Source of the DNA: Candidatus Poriferihabitaceae bacterium
Lineage (GTDB): Bacteria > Pseudomonadota > Gammaproteobacteria > Arenicellales > Poriferihabitantaceae
Assembly (NCBI GenBank): GCA_965221795.1
Contig: OZ244914.1
Coordinates: forward strand, 303,180 to 367,179
DNA: 64,000 nucleotides
Direction of reading: 5' to 3'
Shown: in pieces, positions 11,219 through 21,976 of the stretch
Layout of the letters: each line of letters opens with the position of its first letter
Numbering within the stretch: position 1 is the stretch's first letter
The notes under the pieces: generated by a model
Told to the model about the DNA's origin: nothing
What the model saw: the letters and a program-made list of their open reading frames with translations, nothing else
The model's database searches: none
Made by a program: the position numbers and the translations under genes

Positions 11219-11686
11219 ATGATCCAAAGTGACATCGATATTCGTTCTGGGGGGCTGGGAGACCCTGCCGTACAATCCCTGTTGCAGGAACACTGGAACC
11301 ATATGAGACAAGCCTCGGCCAGCTGCCATGCCCTGGACCGGTCACAACTGTATGCTCCAGACATTACCTTCTGGAGTGCCTGGCAAGGAACCCGGATTGC
11401 CGGATGCGGGGCGCTCAAGGAGTTGGATCCCTCACATGGAGAAATCAAATCCATGCGGACTGCACCCGCCTTTCAGCGCCAAGGGATCGCTGCACAGATT
11501 CTGGAAACTATTATGGAAACGGCCCGAACACGCGGGTACCAGAGATTGAGCCTGGAAACTGGCTCCATGGAAGATTTTTTGCCTGCTCGGGCCTTCTACC
11601 GAAAGTACGGTTTCCATCCCTGCCCTCCCTTCGGGGATTATGTGCTGGATCCAGAGTCGATCTTCATGACCCAGCTGCTGTTATGA
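11219..11686 (+). CDS. GNAT family N-acetyltransferase
   Basis: 155 aa with an acetyl-CoA-binding-type segment (FQRQGIAAQILETIMETARTRGY) and a FYRKYGF tail. Confidence 0.75.
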   Translation: MIQSDIDIRSGGLGDPAVQSLLQEHWNHMRQASASCHALDRSQLYAPDITFWSAWQGTRIAGCGALKELDPSHGEIKSMRTAPAFQRQGIAAQILETIMETARTRGYQRLSLETGSMEDFLPARAFYRKYGFHPCPPFGDYVLDPESIFMTQLLL

Positions 11687-11866
11687 CCGGCCACTAGTGA
11701 ACAAGAGAACATGCAACAGGTTTTTTGAGAACCCTCCCGTGCCACCTTGTCAGCTGCAAACCGCCCGCTACCGACTCCGATGCTTTGCATTCCCGCCCGA
11801 CTCCGCAGATGTCATCCCGAAAATAGCTCGCATTCACCTTCTTTTGCAAACGCCGTACCCAGGGAT

Positions 11867-13138
11867 TCAAAAAGATACCAACAGGGTGTCGGCCAACAGG
11901 AAGCCCCGTTCCACGGTCCAGTATGAGGCCATGACGATGCAGGGGAGCGCCACGGTCCATTGCACAGCGGTCACCATGCGCCGGTCGTTCATCCGGGCAA
12001 CAAACCAAAGCGTGAGCCATACACAAACCACGATCAGGACCTGACCGATTTCTACTCCGAGATTAAAGGCGAGCAGGGATTTCCAGAGATGAGCCCCGCC
12101 TGGTACCAGCATTTCATGGAGCATGAACGAAAAACCGAGTCCATGGATCAACCCAATACCCGTCGTGATCACATACGAAACCACGGAATCCGTCATCTTG
12201 TGTCGGGACAGGAGAATCATGCTGGCGGCGTACAGGATTGTCAGTGAAATCGCGGTTTCTACTGCAGGCACGAACCACACTCCGCTCGGTACATAACCGA
12301 AGAATCCCAGGATGAGGGTTATGGTATGGCCCAGGGTAAAGCCGGTAACGCGCCACAGCAAACCAAACAGTCCCGTCGCACCGACCGTGAGACAGAGAAT
12401 ATACAGGACATGGTCAAGGCCTTCGAGAATATGAATGATTCCCTGGCCGGCAAAAGTGGAAACCGCTGCCCATTGTGAGTTCCTGATCTGGACCGGGTCG
12501 TTCAGAAGACCTGTCAGCCGGTGGACCTGGACGTTACCCGGGAAATGATCCAGCACCAGGTTCGCTGTATCTTCCTGGCCTTCCAATCCCGGGTCAAACG
12601 TACTCTGGAAATCGTAGGTATCAATGGGACTGTCGTACCGATAGTGCAGCAAGAGATCGGTGACCGTAGCCCCGACGTATACCTCTGGATAGTCATAGGG
12701 GAAGATCTGCCCTTCCAACGAACGCTTCGCCTCCTCCAGAGTGGAGAAGGGCGGTTGCTCCAGGCCAGGATGCAACCCGACATCGAGAATGTCCGCCTTC
12801 AGCAAAGTGCCATCTACGGAAAAACGATGCCCTCTTTCCGCTAATGAAGCGAAGTCGAGAGGTGCCTCTCGTATAGCGCCCAGATCCAAATAGTGCAGAA
12901 ACCTTCCGGACTCGATACGGTTATAGGTGAAGGGTGCTGGTGCCGGAATACCGTCTTCATCCACTTCACCTACGAGGTGCGCCAGAAACAGCGGTGTGGG
13001 CAGACGCAGATAAACTTCCAGCCCCGTATCGGTATGGACAACATGGATGGTGCGGATGTTCAGGTCCAAGTTGAAATGACCTTGAGCAAAGGGCGACACC
13101 AGGACCAAAAAGAACGACAGGGCCAGACGAATCGACAT
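11867..13138 (-). CDS. membrane protein with C-terminal HupE/UreJ_2-like domain
   Basis: ORF 11867..13273. The internal start MSIRLALSFFLVLVSPFAQG gives a signal peptide. The C-terminal half has the GxxHIxxGxDHxL motif (GIIHILEGLDHVLYIL) and several TM helices. Confidence 0.6.
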   Translation of the reverse strand: MSIRLALSFFLVLVSPFAQGHFNLDLNIRTIHVVHTDTGLEVYLRLPTPLFLAHLVGEVDEDGIPAPAPFTYNRIESGRFLHYLDLGAIREAPLDFASLAERGHRFSVDGTLLKADILDVGLHPGLEQPPFSTLEEAKRSLEGQIFPYDYPEVYVGATVTDLLLHYRYDSPIDTYDFQSTFDPGLEGQEDTANLVLDHFPGNVQVHRLTGLLNDPVQIRNSQWAAVSTFAGQGIIHILEGLDHVLYILCLTVGATGLFGLLWRVTGFTLGHTITLILGFFGYVPSGVWFVPAVETAISLTILYAASMILLSRHKMTDSVVSYVITTGIGLIHGLGFSFMLHEMLVPGGAHLWKSLLAFNLGVEIGQVLIVVCVWLTLWFVARMNDRRMVTAVQWTVALPCIVMASYWTVERGFLLADTLLVSF

Positions 13139-13291
13139 GAACAGAGTCTGGGGTACCAGTGGGCGGAGCGATCCGCTGGCGGACTCTGGCCCATGCCGAA
13201 AGGTCAAGGGACCACTCCGCCATTTGCACACAACGGGCAAACTGGGGCCAGGTGCCCCAGCTTGCCCAATCATTCCAATCCAGAAAAGTTC

Positions 13292-14233
13292 CTAGCCGGA
13301 GCCCCCTTCGGCAGTCACCATATTGTGCGAACCGAAGTACATCACATGTCCTTTCATATCCTGGATCGACGCCGCACTCAACTGGACAGTGGGCCCTTCC
13401 AGAATGGTGTTGGGGTGGCGTTGGGTCCACTCCAGTGCAGGCATCAACGTGGAGGTGACAAACGTCGTCTCCGGAACCAGGTAGTGGTGCGGTATGGCCA
13501 CTTTGGCACCAGTCATGGCGACCACCTGATCTGCCTGCCTGTAATCCAGAATATGCTTTGAACCGTCTACCGGCACGAATATCACATCCACTTGACCGAC
13601 TTGTTCCATCACTTCAGGCGGCGGGTCAGCCCGGTTGTCTCCCCACATAAGAAGGCGCATTCCACCCGTCTCAATGACATACAGGTTGTTATCCAGATGT
13701 CGCATGTTAGTGGGTGGACAAGGGTCATCCCGACCTTCAAACTGCTTGACGGCATCCGTCCAGGGAATGATCCCGGGAGCCACGCATACATGCTTGTCCG
13801 CAACCCCGATGATCTTCACGTCACCAAGTTCAAAAGTGCCACCCATACGATCCAGCAGCATATTGGCATCCAGTCGGTCGAGGGCATCATGGTCGAAGTG
13901 GGCGTGCGTGGAAAGGCCAATATCGACCTCGGTCATCGGGAATTCCATCCGGTACCATAGTCCCCAGGCACCCGAAGGATCATTGCGCCAAGGGTCGACG
14001 ATCATGGTAATCCCTTTGGGGGAGGTGATCTTGAACGACGAGTTGCTGTAGTAGGAGATTTCGACCATTCCGGTGGAGTCCCGTACGCCGCCCTCATTCT
14101 GTATCTGCACGACCCGGTTGTGATTCTTACCGGACATCCAGGCATTCATCTGACCGACCGCCTTGTCACCGATGGCTACAATTCCCCCAAGGCCCATGGC
14201 AAGTGCAATCGAAAGCAGTGGCATTCTCTTCAT
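13292..14233 (-). CDS. secreted MBL-fold metallo-hydrolase
   Basis: 313 aa with an N-terminal signal peptide and the HxHxDH motif (STHAHFDHD). Confidence 0.7.
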   Translation of the reverse strand: MKRMPLLSIALAMGLGGIVAIGDKAVGQMNAWMSGKNHNRVVQIQNEGGVRDSTGMVEISYYSNSSFKITSPKGITMIVDPWRNDPSGAWGLWYRMEFPMTEVDIGLSTHAHFDHDALDRLDANMLLDRMGGTFELGDVKIIGVADKHVCVAPGIIPWTDAVKQFEGRDDPCPPTNMRHLDNNLYVIETGGMRLLMWGDNRADPPPEVMEQVGQVDVIFVPVDGSKHILDYRQADQVVAMTGAKVAIPHHYLVPETTFVTSTLMPALEWTQRHPNTILEGPTVQLSAASIQDMKGHVMYFGSHNMVTAEGGSG

Positions 14234-15303
14234 GCCCCTTTTCCTCCAAAAGTAATATTGTTACGTATACAATACCATACACGGCAGCCGAAAGTACACG
14301 AAGGGCTCTCGGTTCCACTCATGCAGGGGGAATCAAATGCAATGGCCTAATCGATATGCAGGATACGCATCTCTTACCATGGACTCAAAAACCCTGCCCT
14401 CTCTCACTTCCACTTCGTCAGCAGCGGTATTGGTCATGGCAAGATCTCGGGCAGGCCTTCCGGTTTCCGCTGTAACTATCGGCAACCCATGCGTTCGAAA
14501 GTCCATGCCGAAACGGTACCGAAATCTCTGGTTCGCCGATTGAATATGGTCACCGATACATACCGGTCGTCTGAAAACTGGGCGTCATAACGGTAGAACG
14601 CCCCTGCTATCGCACCAGTCCGATCTCATATACAGCAGTTGTCTGGTCCCTTTCCGCATGCATGGGTACCGTAGCGACTCCCTGCAATACTCCCTGTTCA
14701 ATCACTATATTCTGGAATCGTAGCTGCCAAGGGCCTCCTGCCCGGATGGCATGTGCACTTTTCTCCGAACTGACTCCATGGATCGGGTTCCCGCCGAATA
14801 GCCTGCCACGCCAGATTCGCTGGCAGGGCGCGGAAGTCCACCGTCAGAGTGCATGCGCATGAATTGTGAGGGTGCCATAGGGTCGATCCTCCCGGCCTCA
14901 TATCCATTCCCGGGACCTCCAAAGACCGCGCGGGATTCGTATACCCGTTTTACCTAGTTTCCCATAAGCCACAGGAACCGTATATGGCTTGGCTCCTGGT
15001 GTCAAGAGGCCGTACTGGCATCAAAGTCCAGCATGCCCTCAACCTACCGGGAACTCGCCCCTGCCCTTTCCATACTTTCTTGACGAGAGTGACCAACCGA
15101 ACTCGCTACTCAACGCTGCGGGAAAGCCTCTTCTCCAGTCCATTCCACCTCTGTGAAACCATATGCTGACCGATTTCTACCGCGTCCCTGCACTCACTCT
15201 GGTTCTCGGGGGAGAAGCTCAAGCACGATCAACACCGCCATTCTGGCTGGCAAGGTTTTCGATTACAATAGGCATCAAACTGCGGATAAGTGAACACTTG
15301 CAA

Positions 15304-15987
15304 ATGATGCAACTGCTGATTGTTGAAGATGATTCTGCCACCGCTGCCTATATCCAGAAAGGTCTTTCGGAAGCAGGTCACCACTCTGATGTTGCGTTCA
15401 CTGGGGACCAAGGACTTACCATGGCCTTACACAGCAGCTACGACGCACTGGTTGTGGACTGGATGCTGCCCAACATGGATGGACTGGAACTGATCTCCGA
15501 GCTGCGGAGCAAGGGACTGAAAGTGCCAGTACTTATCCTGAGCGCCCTGGGTGAGGTCCAGAACCGGGTTGAAGGATTAAAGCGGGGAGGGGACGACTAC
15601 CTGACCAAGCCGTTTGCCTTTTCGGAGTTGCTGGCCAGGCTGGAAGCGTTGGTTCGGCGCCATTCCGCCGAGACCCAGGAGACCACATTGACGGTCGGGG
15701 AGTTGCGCATGGACCTCCTGACCCGGGAAGCCTGGCGCGGTGAAACTCCTATTGACCTGCAACCAAGGGAATTCCGTCTGCTGGAATACCTGATGCGACA
15801 CAGCAACCAGGTCGTCACCCGGACCATGCTCCTGGAAAATGTCTGGGACTATCATTTTGATCCGCAAACCAACGTCATTGACGTGCATATCAGCCGATTG
15901 CGCGGCAAGATCGACAAGAACTTTGACACCCAGATGCTGAATACCATCCGCGGTGCGGGCTATATATTGCGTGAAAGTCAAACGTAA
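15304..15987 (+). CDS. OmpR-family two-component response regulator
   Basis: Receiver domain (LLIVEDD, DALVVDWMLPNMDG, KP) followed by a winged-helix output domain (LQPREFRLLEYLM). I use the ATG at 15304 rather than the ORF-track start at 15163. Confidence 0.9.
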   Translation: MMQLLIVEDDSATAAYIQKGLSEAGHHSDVAFTGDQGLTMALHSSYDALVVDWMLPNMDGLELISELRSKGLKVPVLILSALGEVQNRVEGLKRGGDDYLTKPFAFSELLARLEALVRRHSAETQETTLTVGELRMDLLTREAWRGETPIDLQPREFRLLEYLMRHSNQVVTRTMLLENVWDYHFDPQTNVIDVHISRLRGKIDKNFDTQMLNTIRGAGYILRESQT

Positions 15988-17395
15988 ACTGTTCCATAGC
16001 TACACCTTCCGGTTGGCGTTGTTGTACGCTTTGATTTTCAGTGTCTCGACCCTGATTCTGTTTAACTTCTTCTATCTGTTTACCGCATCCTACATGTCCC
16101 AGCAGATGGACAACACCATCGTAGCCGAGATTCAGGGATTGGCGGAACAATACGACCGGACCGGCTTGAATGGCCTGAGTCGTTTGATTGCCGAACGAAT
16201 CAACCGGTCACAAAATACCGGCAATTCTCTCTATCTGCTGACCAACTATACACTCGATCCTCTGATCGGCAATCTGGATAGCTGGCCACGGGATGCCATC
16301 ATCGAAGACGAAAAGTGGCTGGAGTTCTCCCTGGAGGTAGGTGAGGATACCACCCAAACCCACTTGGCCCGAGCAAGAATCTTTCGCTTGGCCGATGGTC
16401 AATATGGACTGCTGGTCGGCCGGGATATCCAACAACTGATCGACACGAAACGGCGCATCATTCAGGCCTTAACCTGGGGCTTGGTGATTATGGTCATCTT
16501 GGCTTTTGTCGGTGGATTGTTCCTGAGCCGGCGAACGGTACGAAAGATTGAGCGGATCAATCAGACAGCCCGCAGTATCATGTCCGGAGACCTTTCGCGA
16601 CGAGTGGAGATCAGCAACCGTAATGATGATTTTGACCAACTGGCGGGAAACCTGAATGAGATGCTGGACCGCATCCAGGCACTCATGGAAGATATCCGGC
16701 GCGTGTCGGATAATATTGCCCATGACCTGCGCACCCCCCTGACCCGATTGCGACAACATATGGAACAGACACGCCGAGAAATGGAGGCCCAATTCCTGCC
16801 GGCGGCCAGCCTGGAGGGGGCCATCCAGGAAGCCGATTCCCTGCTTACCACATTCAATGCATTGTTACGCATCGCCAAGATCGAAGCGGGGCAGTTAGCC
16901 CGCGATTTTGTGGAGTTGGACTGGCGAACCCTGGTCGAAGACGTCGCCGAATTCTACGAACCACTCGCCGAAGAAAAGCAACAACAGCTGACGGTCGAGC
17001 CCTGTCATCCCCTTCAGGCAATGGGGGACCGGGATCTTCTTTTCCAGGCTTTGGCGAATGTCATCGAAAACGCCATCAAGTATACCCCCGCAGATGGCCG
17101 GATCACGGTCACCCTGTCCCAAGAGGACAACGATGCGGTGATTGTCATTGCCGATGATGGCCCTGGCATTCCAGATGAGGAGCGAGAGAAAGTCTTCCGC
17201 CGGTTCTATCGCCTGGACCGTAGTCGATCCACCTCCGGCAATGGCCTCGGGCTCAGCATGGTCTCCGCCATCGTATCCATCCACCAGGGCAGTATCCAGC
17301 TGATGAACAACCAGCCCGGCCTTCAGACCGTGATGCGATTTCCATTGCGCATGGATACACATCGAGTCTCACTGCCGCTGGCAGAAGCAGCCTGA
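15953..17395 (+). CDS. sensor histidine kinase (HAMP-HisKA-HATPase)
   Basis: H-box SDNIAHDLRTPLT, N-box and G-boxes (DDGPGIP, GNGLGLS), and two N-terminal TM segments. It overlaps the regulator stop, which fits an operon. The exact start is uncertain. Confidence 0.85.
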   Translation: MRAIYCVKVKRKLFHSYTFRLALLYALIFSVSTLILFNFFYLFTASYMSQQMDNTIVAEIQGLAEQYDRTGLNGLSRLIAERINRSQNTGNSLYLLTNYTLDPLIGNLDSWPRDAIIEDEKWLEFSLEVGEDTTQTHLARARIFRLADGQYGLLVGRDIQQLIDTKRRIIQALTWGLVIMVILAFVGGLFLSRRTVRKIERINQTARSIMSGDLSRRVEISNRNDDFDQLAGNLNEMLDRIQALMEDIRRVSDNIAHDLRTPLTRLRQHMEQTRREMEAQFLPAASLEGAIQEADSLLTTFNALLRIAKIEAGQLARDFVELDWRTLVEDVAEFYEPLAEEKQQQLTVEPCHPLQAMGDRDLLFQALANVIENAIKYTPADGRITVTLSQEDNDAVIVIADDGPGIPDEEREKVFRRFYRLDRSRSTSGNGLGLSMVSAIVSIHQGSIQLMNNQPGLQTVMRFPLRMDTHRVSLPLAEAA

Positions 17396-17423
17396 CACGC
17401 CGGTTCGCCATTGAGCGTATATC

Positions 17424-18470
17424 ATGAAATTATCTGATACAGTCACTTCCACCAGCCGGATCCTTGTAGTCTGTGCAGCAATCGTAGTGGTCATCGCCGG
17501 GATGCGCGCCGCCACCGACATTCTCGCCCCACTGCTCATGGCAGGCTTTATTTCCATCGTCTGTTCCGCCCCCCTGTTCTGGCTCAAGCGCCATGGATGG
17601 TCCAATCTGACCGCCCTGGTCGTCGTGATGGCCGCAATCGGGCTGACCGGTGCAGCCATCGTGGGCCTGATCGCCACATCACTGAATGAATTCAGTTCGT
17701 CCCTGATCCATTACCGGGAAAACCTGGTCGAGACGTATGACCAACTGACCGCATTCCTGGAACGATGGGGATATGTCATCCCTCTGGATGGATTCCGTGA
17801 CCAGTTCGACCCCAATATGCTGATCCAGCTCCTCAATTACATGTTGAACGGTCTCAGCAATCTCATCGGCAACGGGCTGATTGTCTTTCTGGCAGTACTG
17901 TTCATTCTGGTGGAAGTCTCGGCTCTACCGGAAAAGCTGCGCAGTTCACTGGCCAATCCAGATCAGTCGATGCCCCACTTCCGGACCTTCATCCACAAGG
18001 TCGTTCAGTATCTTGCACTCAAAGCGGCCACCAGTCTCCTCACCGCTTTCTGTGTCGCTATTGTCCTGTGGGTGCTTGAGATTGACTATGTCATTCTCTG
18101 GGCCGTCTTCGCATTTTTTCTGAACTTTATTCCTTATATTGGCTCTTTTCTCGCCGGCCTGCCGGCCGTCTTGCTCGGACTCATTGATCATGGTCTTGGC
18201 GTGGCACTCTGGGCATCTGCTGGCTACATTGTCATCAACATCCTGATCGGCAATGTGATTGAAACCCGCTTGATGGGGGAGGGTCTGGACCTGTCCTCAT
18301 TCGTGGTATTCGTTTCCCTGATCTTCTGGGGTTGGGTGCTTGGGCCTACCGGCATGCTGCTCTCGATCCCTCTGACCATGCTGATCACCATCGCCCTGGA
18401 AAGCAATCCCGAAACCCGCCCGATTGCACGCCTGATGCGAAACACGCCCAGGGAATCCAGATCAGAGTAG
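17424..18470 (+). CDS. AI-2E family transporter (PerM-like permease)
   Basis: 348 aa polytopic membrane protein with a typical AI-2E/UPF0118-type C-terminal region (LNFIPYIGSFLAG...IFWGWVLGPTGMLLSIPLT). Confidence 0.75.
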   Translation: MKLSDTVTSTSRILVVCAAIVVVIAGMRAATDILAPLLMAGFISIVCSAPLFWLKRHGWSNLTALVVVMAAIGLTGAAIVGLIATSLNEFSSSLIHYRENLVETYDQLTAFLERWGYVIPLDGFRDQFDPNMLIQLLNYMLNGLSNLIGNGLIVFLAVLFILVEVSALPEKLRSSLANPDQSMPHFRTFIHKVVQYLALKAATSLLTAFCVAIVLWVLEIDYVILWAVFAFFLNFIPYIGSFLAGLPAVLLGLIDHGLGVALWASAGYIVINILIGNVIETRLMGEGLDLSSFVVFVSLIFWGWVLGPTGMLLSIPLTMLITIALESNPETRPIARLMRNTPRESRSE

Positions 18471-18554
18471 AAGCCGCAATGGCGGTTGGATCGGTGCCAT
18501 CAAACTGCCCCGTCAAGATCACTTGAGTGGACCAATGACCATGTCGCTCAGCAG

Positions 18555-19178
18555 TTACTCAAGCCGGATCGTTCCACTCTGGGCGGCGTTGACATCGTCT
18601 GCACCGCTGCCCACACTCAAGGCGGACGGTGTAACCGGCGTGGGCCGGTACTCTTCATCCTGCGGCAAAGGGGTCTGGATCTGGTCGGTCAATTGTCGAA
18701 AACCTATCCAATCCGAAAGCATGCTGGAAATTTCCGACACAGAGAATCGGAAGGACAAGACTACTGAGCCCACGACTCCGGCCAGTAGGATCAAGGCCAG
18801 TACCCGAAAAAGGCGGCGTTTCCAGGACGGTTTTCTGCGTGGCCGGAGAATCTTTTTGCGACTTGTGTTTCTCGGAGTAACCAGTATTCCCTGAATATTG
18901 GCGATCGTTTCCGGCTGTATCGCCAAGGAGTGAACCAATCTCTCCGGGTCCAGACTCAACAACCTTGCATAGGAACGAACATATCCTTGCACAAAGGTTG
19001 ATCCCGGTAATGCTGCATAGTCGTCCCTTTCCAGGGCTTCGATCACATGACGCCCCAAATGCAGTGCATTCGCCGCCTCTTCGACTGAGCAATCCAACTC
19101 TTCCCGTTTGGCTTTGAGCACTTGCCCCGGTGACGGAACAGCTTGAGAGTCGTGCTCAGTCTGTGGCCGCTCGGTCAT
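18555..19178 (-). CDS. RodZ-like HTH domain membrane protein (short form)
   Basis: The N-terminal HTH resembles RodZ (LKAKREELDCSVEEAANALHL...FVQGYVRSYARLL) and is followed by one TM segment. At 207 aa it is shorter than canonical RodZ. Confidence 0.55.
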   Translation of the reverse strand: MTERPQTEHDSQAVPSPGQVLKAKREELDCSVEEAANALHLGRHVIEALERDDYAALPGSTFVQGYVRSYARLLSLDPERLVHSLAIQPETIANIQGILVTPRNTSRKKILRPRRKPSWKRRLFRVLALILLAGVVGSVVLSFRFSVSEISSMLSDWIGFRQLTDQIQTPLPQDEEYRPTPVTPSALSVGSGADDVNAAQSGTIRLE

Positions 19179-19325
19179 GAACCTGTTTCATTGCTGCTGC
19201 ATGTCACCTCTTTCAGGACAAGAACCTGCGCACAAATCATTCGATATGCTTGGCCGAAAACCGTGTCTTGGTCTCACCGGTATAACCTGAGACCCCCCTT
19301 CCATCCACATCAAATAGAGGGTCAG

Positions 19326-21413
19326 TCAGGAGGAAGCCACGGCCTTCATGCTGAGACGAACCCGCCCCTGCTTGTCCACTTCCAGCACTTTGACGGTCAC
19401 CATATCGCCTTCCTTGAGCACATCACTGACCTGGTCCACCCGATCATGGGAAATCTGTGAGATGTGTACCAAGCCATCGCGACCGGGCAGAATATTCACG
19501 AAAGCACCAAAATCCATCAGTCGGACAACCTTACCGGTATAGACCCCATTGACCTCCACATCCGCCGTCAGCTGCTGAATACGGCGAATCGCTTCTTGGG
19601 CGGCGGAATTGTCCGTGGAGGCAATTTTCACCGTACCATCATCATCAATATCAATGGTCACTCCGGTTTCTTCTGACAGTGCACGGATCGTCGAACCGCC
19701 TTTGCCGATCACATCCCGGATCTTTTCCGGATGAATGGAAATCGTAACGATCCGGGGCGCATAGTCAGACATTTCCGACCGCGGACTATCGATCTCCCGG
19801 TTCATTTCCTGCAGGATATGCAACCGTCCTTCCCGTGCCTGGGAAAGGGCCTGCTGCATGATTTCCCGGGTAATCCCGTCAATCTTGATGTCCATTTGCA
19901 GTGCCGTAATGCCGCGTTCCGTGCCCGCCACCTTGAAATCCATATCCCCCAAGTGGTCCTCATCCCCAAGGATGTCGGTGAGCACCGTAAACCGATCCCC
20001 TTCCTTGATCAGGCCCATGGCCACCCCCGCCACCGCCGAAGCCACCGGCACTCCCGCGTCCATCAACGCCAGACTCGTGCCACAGACACTGGCCATCGAA
20101 CTGGACCCATTGGATTCGGTGATCTCGGACACCACCCGGATCGTATAGGGAAATTTCTCCTGATCCGGGATCACCGCCAGAATTCCTCGCTTGGCGAGTC
20201 GACCATGGCCAACTTCCCGACGCTTGGGGCTGCCCACCCGACCGGTTTCCCCCACACAGTACGGTGGGAAGTTATAGTGCAGCATGAAATTGTCCCGGTA
20301 CTCCCCGTCCAGGGCATCGACAATCTGGGCATCCCGCTCCGTACCCAAGGTCGCCACCACAATCGCTTGCGTTTCGCCCCGAGTGAATTTTGCGGATCCA
20401 TGAGTTCGCGGCAAAACACCAGTCTCAATGTGAATCGGGCGTACCGTTCGGGTATCACGACCATCAATACGGACTTGCCCATCCAGAATTTGCTCCCGTA
20501 CGACCTGTTTCTGGAGGGACTTGAATTCCGTCAGGATTTCAGCGGTCTTTTCATCGTCTGTGTCATCAGTACACAGATTGGCCAACAGGGTTTCCTTGGC
20601 GATGGACAGGGCGTCTTGCCGTTCCACCTTATCGTGGACCCGAAAGGCGTCCACAACTGCTTCTCTCGCCACATCCGCTACCCGGGCTGCCAGCGAATGA
20701 TCTTTTTCCGGTGACTGCCAATCCCACTTGGGTTTGCCGGCTTCCTGTCCTAGTTCACGGGCAGCCCGAATAACAGCCTGAAGAGACTCATGGCCGAACA
20801 TGACGGCACCGAGCATTTCCTCTTCCGAAAGAATCTTGGCTTCAGACTCCACCATCAGAACGGCACTCTCGGTCCCGGCCACCACAAGATCCAAACCGGA
20901 CTGTTGCTGCAATTGGGTACGGGTGGGGTTCAGTACATACTCCCCATCAATATATCCCACCCGAGCCGCACCGATCGGGCCATTGAACGGCAACCCGGAA
21001 ATTTCCAGTGCGGCCGAAGCACCGATCATGGCAACCACATCAGGATTGATTTCCGGGTCTACAGACAGCACTGTCGCAATGATCTGGACTTCATTCATAA
21101 AGCCATCCGGAAACAGCGGACGAATGGGACGATCAATCAACCGACAGGTCAGGACGGCATTCTCGGAAGGACGCCCTTCACGCTTGAAAAACCCTCCGGG
21201 AATACGACCTACCGCATAGTTCCGTTCTTCATACTCCACAGTCAGTGGGAAAAAGTCCCGGGTACTGGCTTCCCTTCGTCCAACAACCGTCACCAGAACC
21301 ACTGTGTCTCCCATACTGACGAGGACAGCACCATCTGCCTGCCTTGCAACTGCACCAGTTTCCAGGCGCACCTTGGTTTGACCATACTGAAAGGTCTTGA
21401 TTACTTTGTTCAC
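19326..21413 (-). CDS. pnp: polyribonucleotide nucleotidyltransferase (PNPase)
   Basis: Full PNPase architecture: two RNase PH domains, a KH domain and an S1 domain. The ORF-track start (21428) is TTG. The GTG at 21413 ([12 protein letters not shown]) is preceded by GGAG and matches the canonical N-terminus. Confidence 0.95.
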   Translation of the reverse strand: MNKVIKTFQYGQTKVRLETGAVARQADGAVLVSMGDTVVLVTVVGRREASTRDFFPLTVEYEERNYAVGRIPGGFFKREGRPSENAVLTCRLIDRPIRPLFPDGFMNEVQIIATVLSVDPEINPDVVAMIGASAALEISGLPFNGPIGAARVGYIDGEYVLNPTRTQLQQQSGLDLVVAGTESAVLMVESEAKILSEEEMLGAVMFGHESLQAVIRAARELGQEAGKPKWDWQSPEKDHSLAARVADVAREAVVDAFRVHDKVERQDALSIAKETLLANLCTDDTDDEKTAEILTEFKSLQKQVVREQILDGQVRIDGRDTRTVRPIHIETGVLPRTHGSAKFTRGETQAIVVATLGTERDAQIVDALDGEYRDNFMLHYNFPPYCVGETGRVGSPKRREVGHGRLAKRGILAVIPDQEKFPYTIRVVSEITESNGSSSMASVCGTSLALMDAGVPVASAVAGVAMGLIKEGDRFTVLTDILGDEDHLGDMDFKVAGTERGITALQMDIKIDGITREIMQQALSQAREGRLHILQEMNREIDSPRSEMSDYAPRIVTISIHPEKIRDVIGKGGSTIRALSEETGVTIDIDDDGTVKIASTDNSAAQEAIRRIQQLTADVEVNGVYTGKVVRLMDFGAFVNILPGRDGLVHISQISHDRVDQVSDVLKEGDMVTVKVLEVDKQGRVRLSMKAVASS

Positions 21414-21440
21414 TTGATGTGTCTCCAACGCTTGACGCGA

Positions 21441-21466
21441 AATAAGCCTTGATCACGCGGCTTATT
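21441..21466 (-). terminator. hairpin at the rpsO 3' end (rpsO-pnp intergenic attenuator/terminator candidate)
   Basis: On the minus strand, AATAAGCC-9 nt-GGCTTATT forms a perfect 8-bp stem that overlaps the rpsO stop codon. Its position matches the known rpsO-pnp regulatory hairpin region in enterobacteria. Confidence 0.45.
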
Positions 21467-21731
21467 TTCTGAGGCCAAGCTTTGTGATGAGCGCACGATA
21501 ACGCTCGATATCGGTTTTGCGCAAATAACTCAGCAGCTTGCGCCGATGATTTACCAAGCGCAGCAACCCCTGACGGGAATGATGATCATGGATATGCGTC
21601 CGGAAATGGTCAGAAAGGTCTTGAATCCGTGCCGTCATCAGTGCAATCTGGACCTCTGGGGAGCCTGTGTCCCCTTCGCTGCGCTGGTGCTCTTTCACCA
21701 CAGCAGCCTTATCTTCGGCAGTCAAAGCCAT
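21462..21731 (-). CDS. rpsO: 30S ribosomal protein S15
   Basis: 89 aa with a canonical S15 translation ([17 protein letters not shown]...[10 protein letters not shown]). Confidence 0.97.
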   Translation of the reverse strand: MALTAEDKAAVVKEHQRSEGDTGSPEVQIALMTARIQDLSDHFRTHIHDHHSRQGLLRLVNHRRKLLSYLRKTDIERYRALITKLGLRK

Positions 21732-21976
21732 TGATTGTCTCTGAATTAAAGTGATTACCTGTGCCGAAGTAAGGGAGCATGGCCCAAACCTCGAACACCG
21801 TAGGCCCGCAAGGAGACACTCCGAACGGGGGTGGCTATTCTAGCGGCAAGCCCGGCCTGCCTCAACCCGAAATCTGCCAGAAATCGGGAAAAATTGAGCC
21901 CGAATCGATATAATCACACCTTGTTCGCTAATAAGCGGTTGTATTCTTCATCCATTTTTCCCTGATTGCGACCCTA

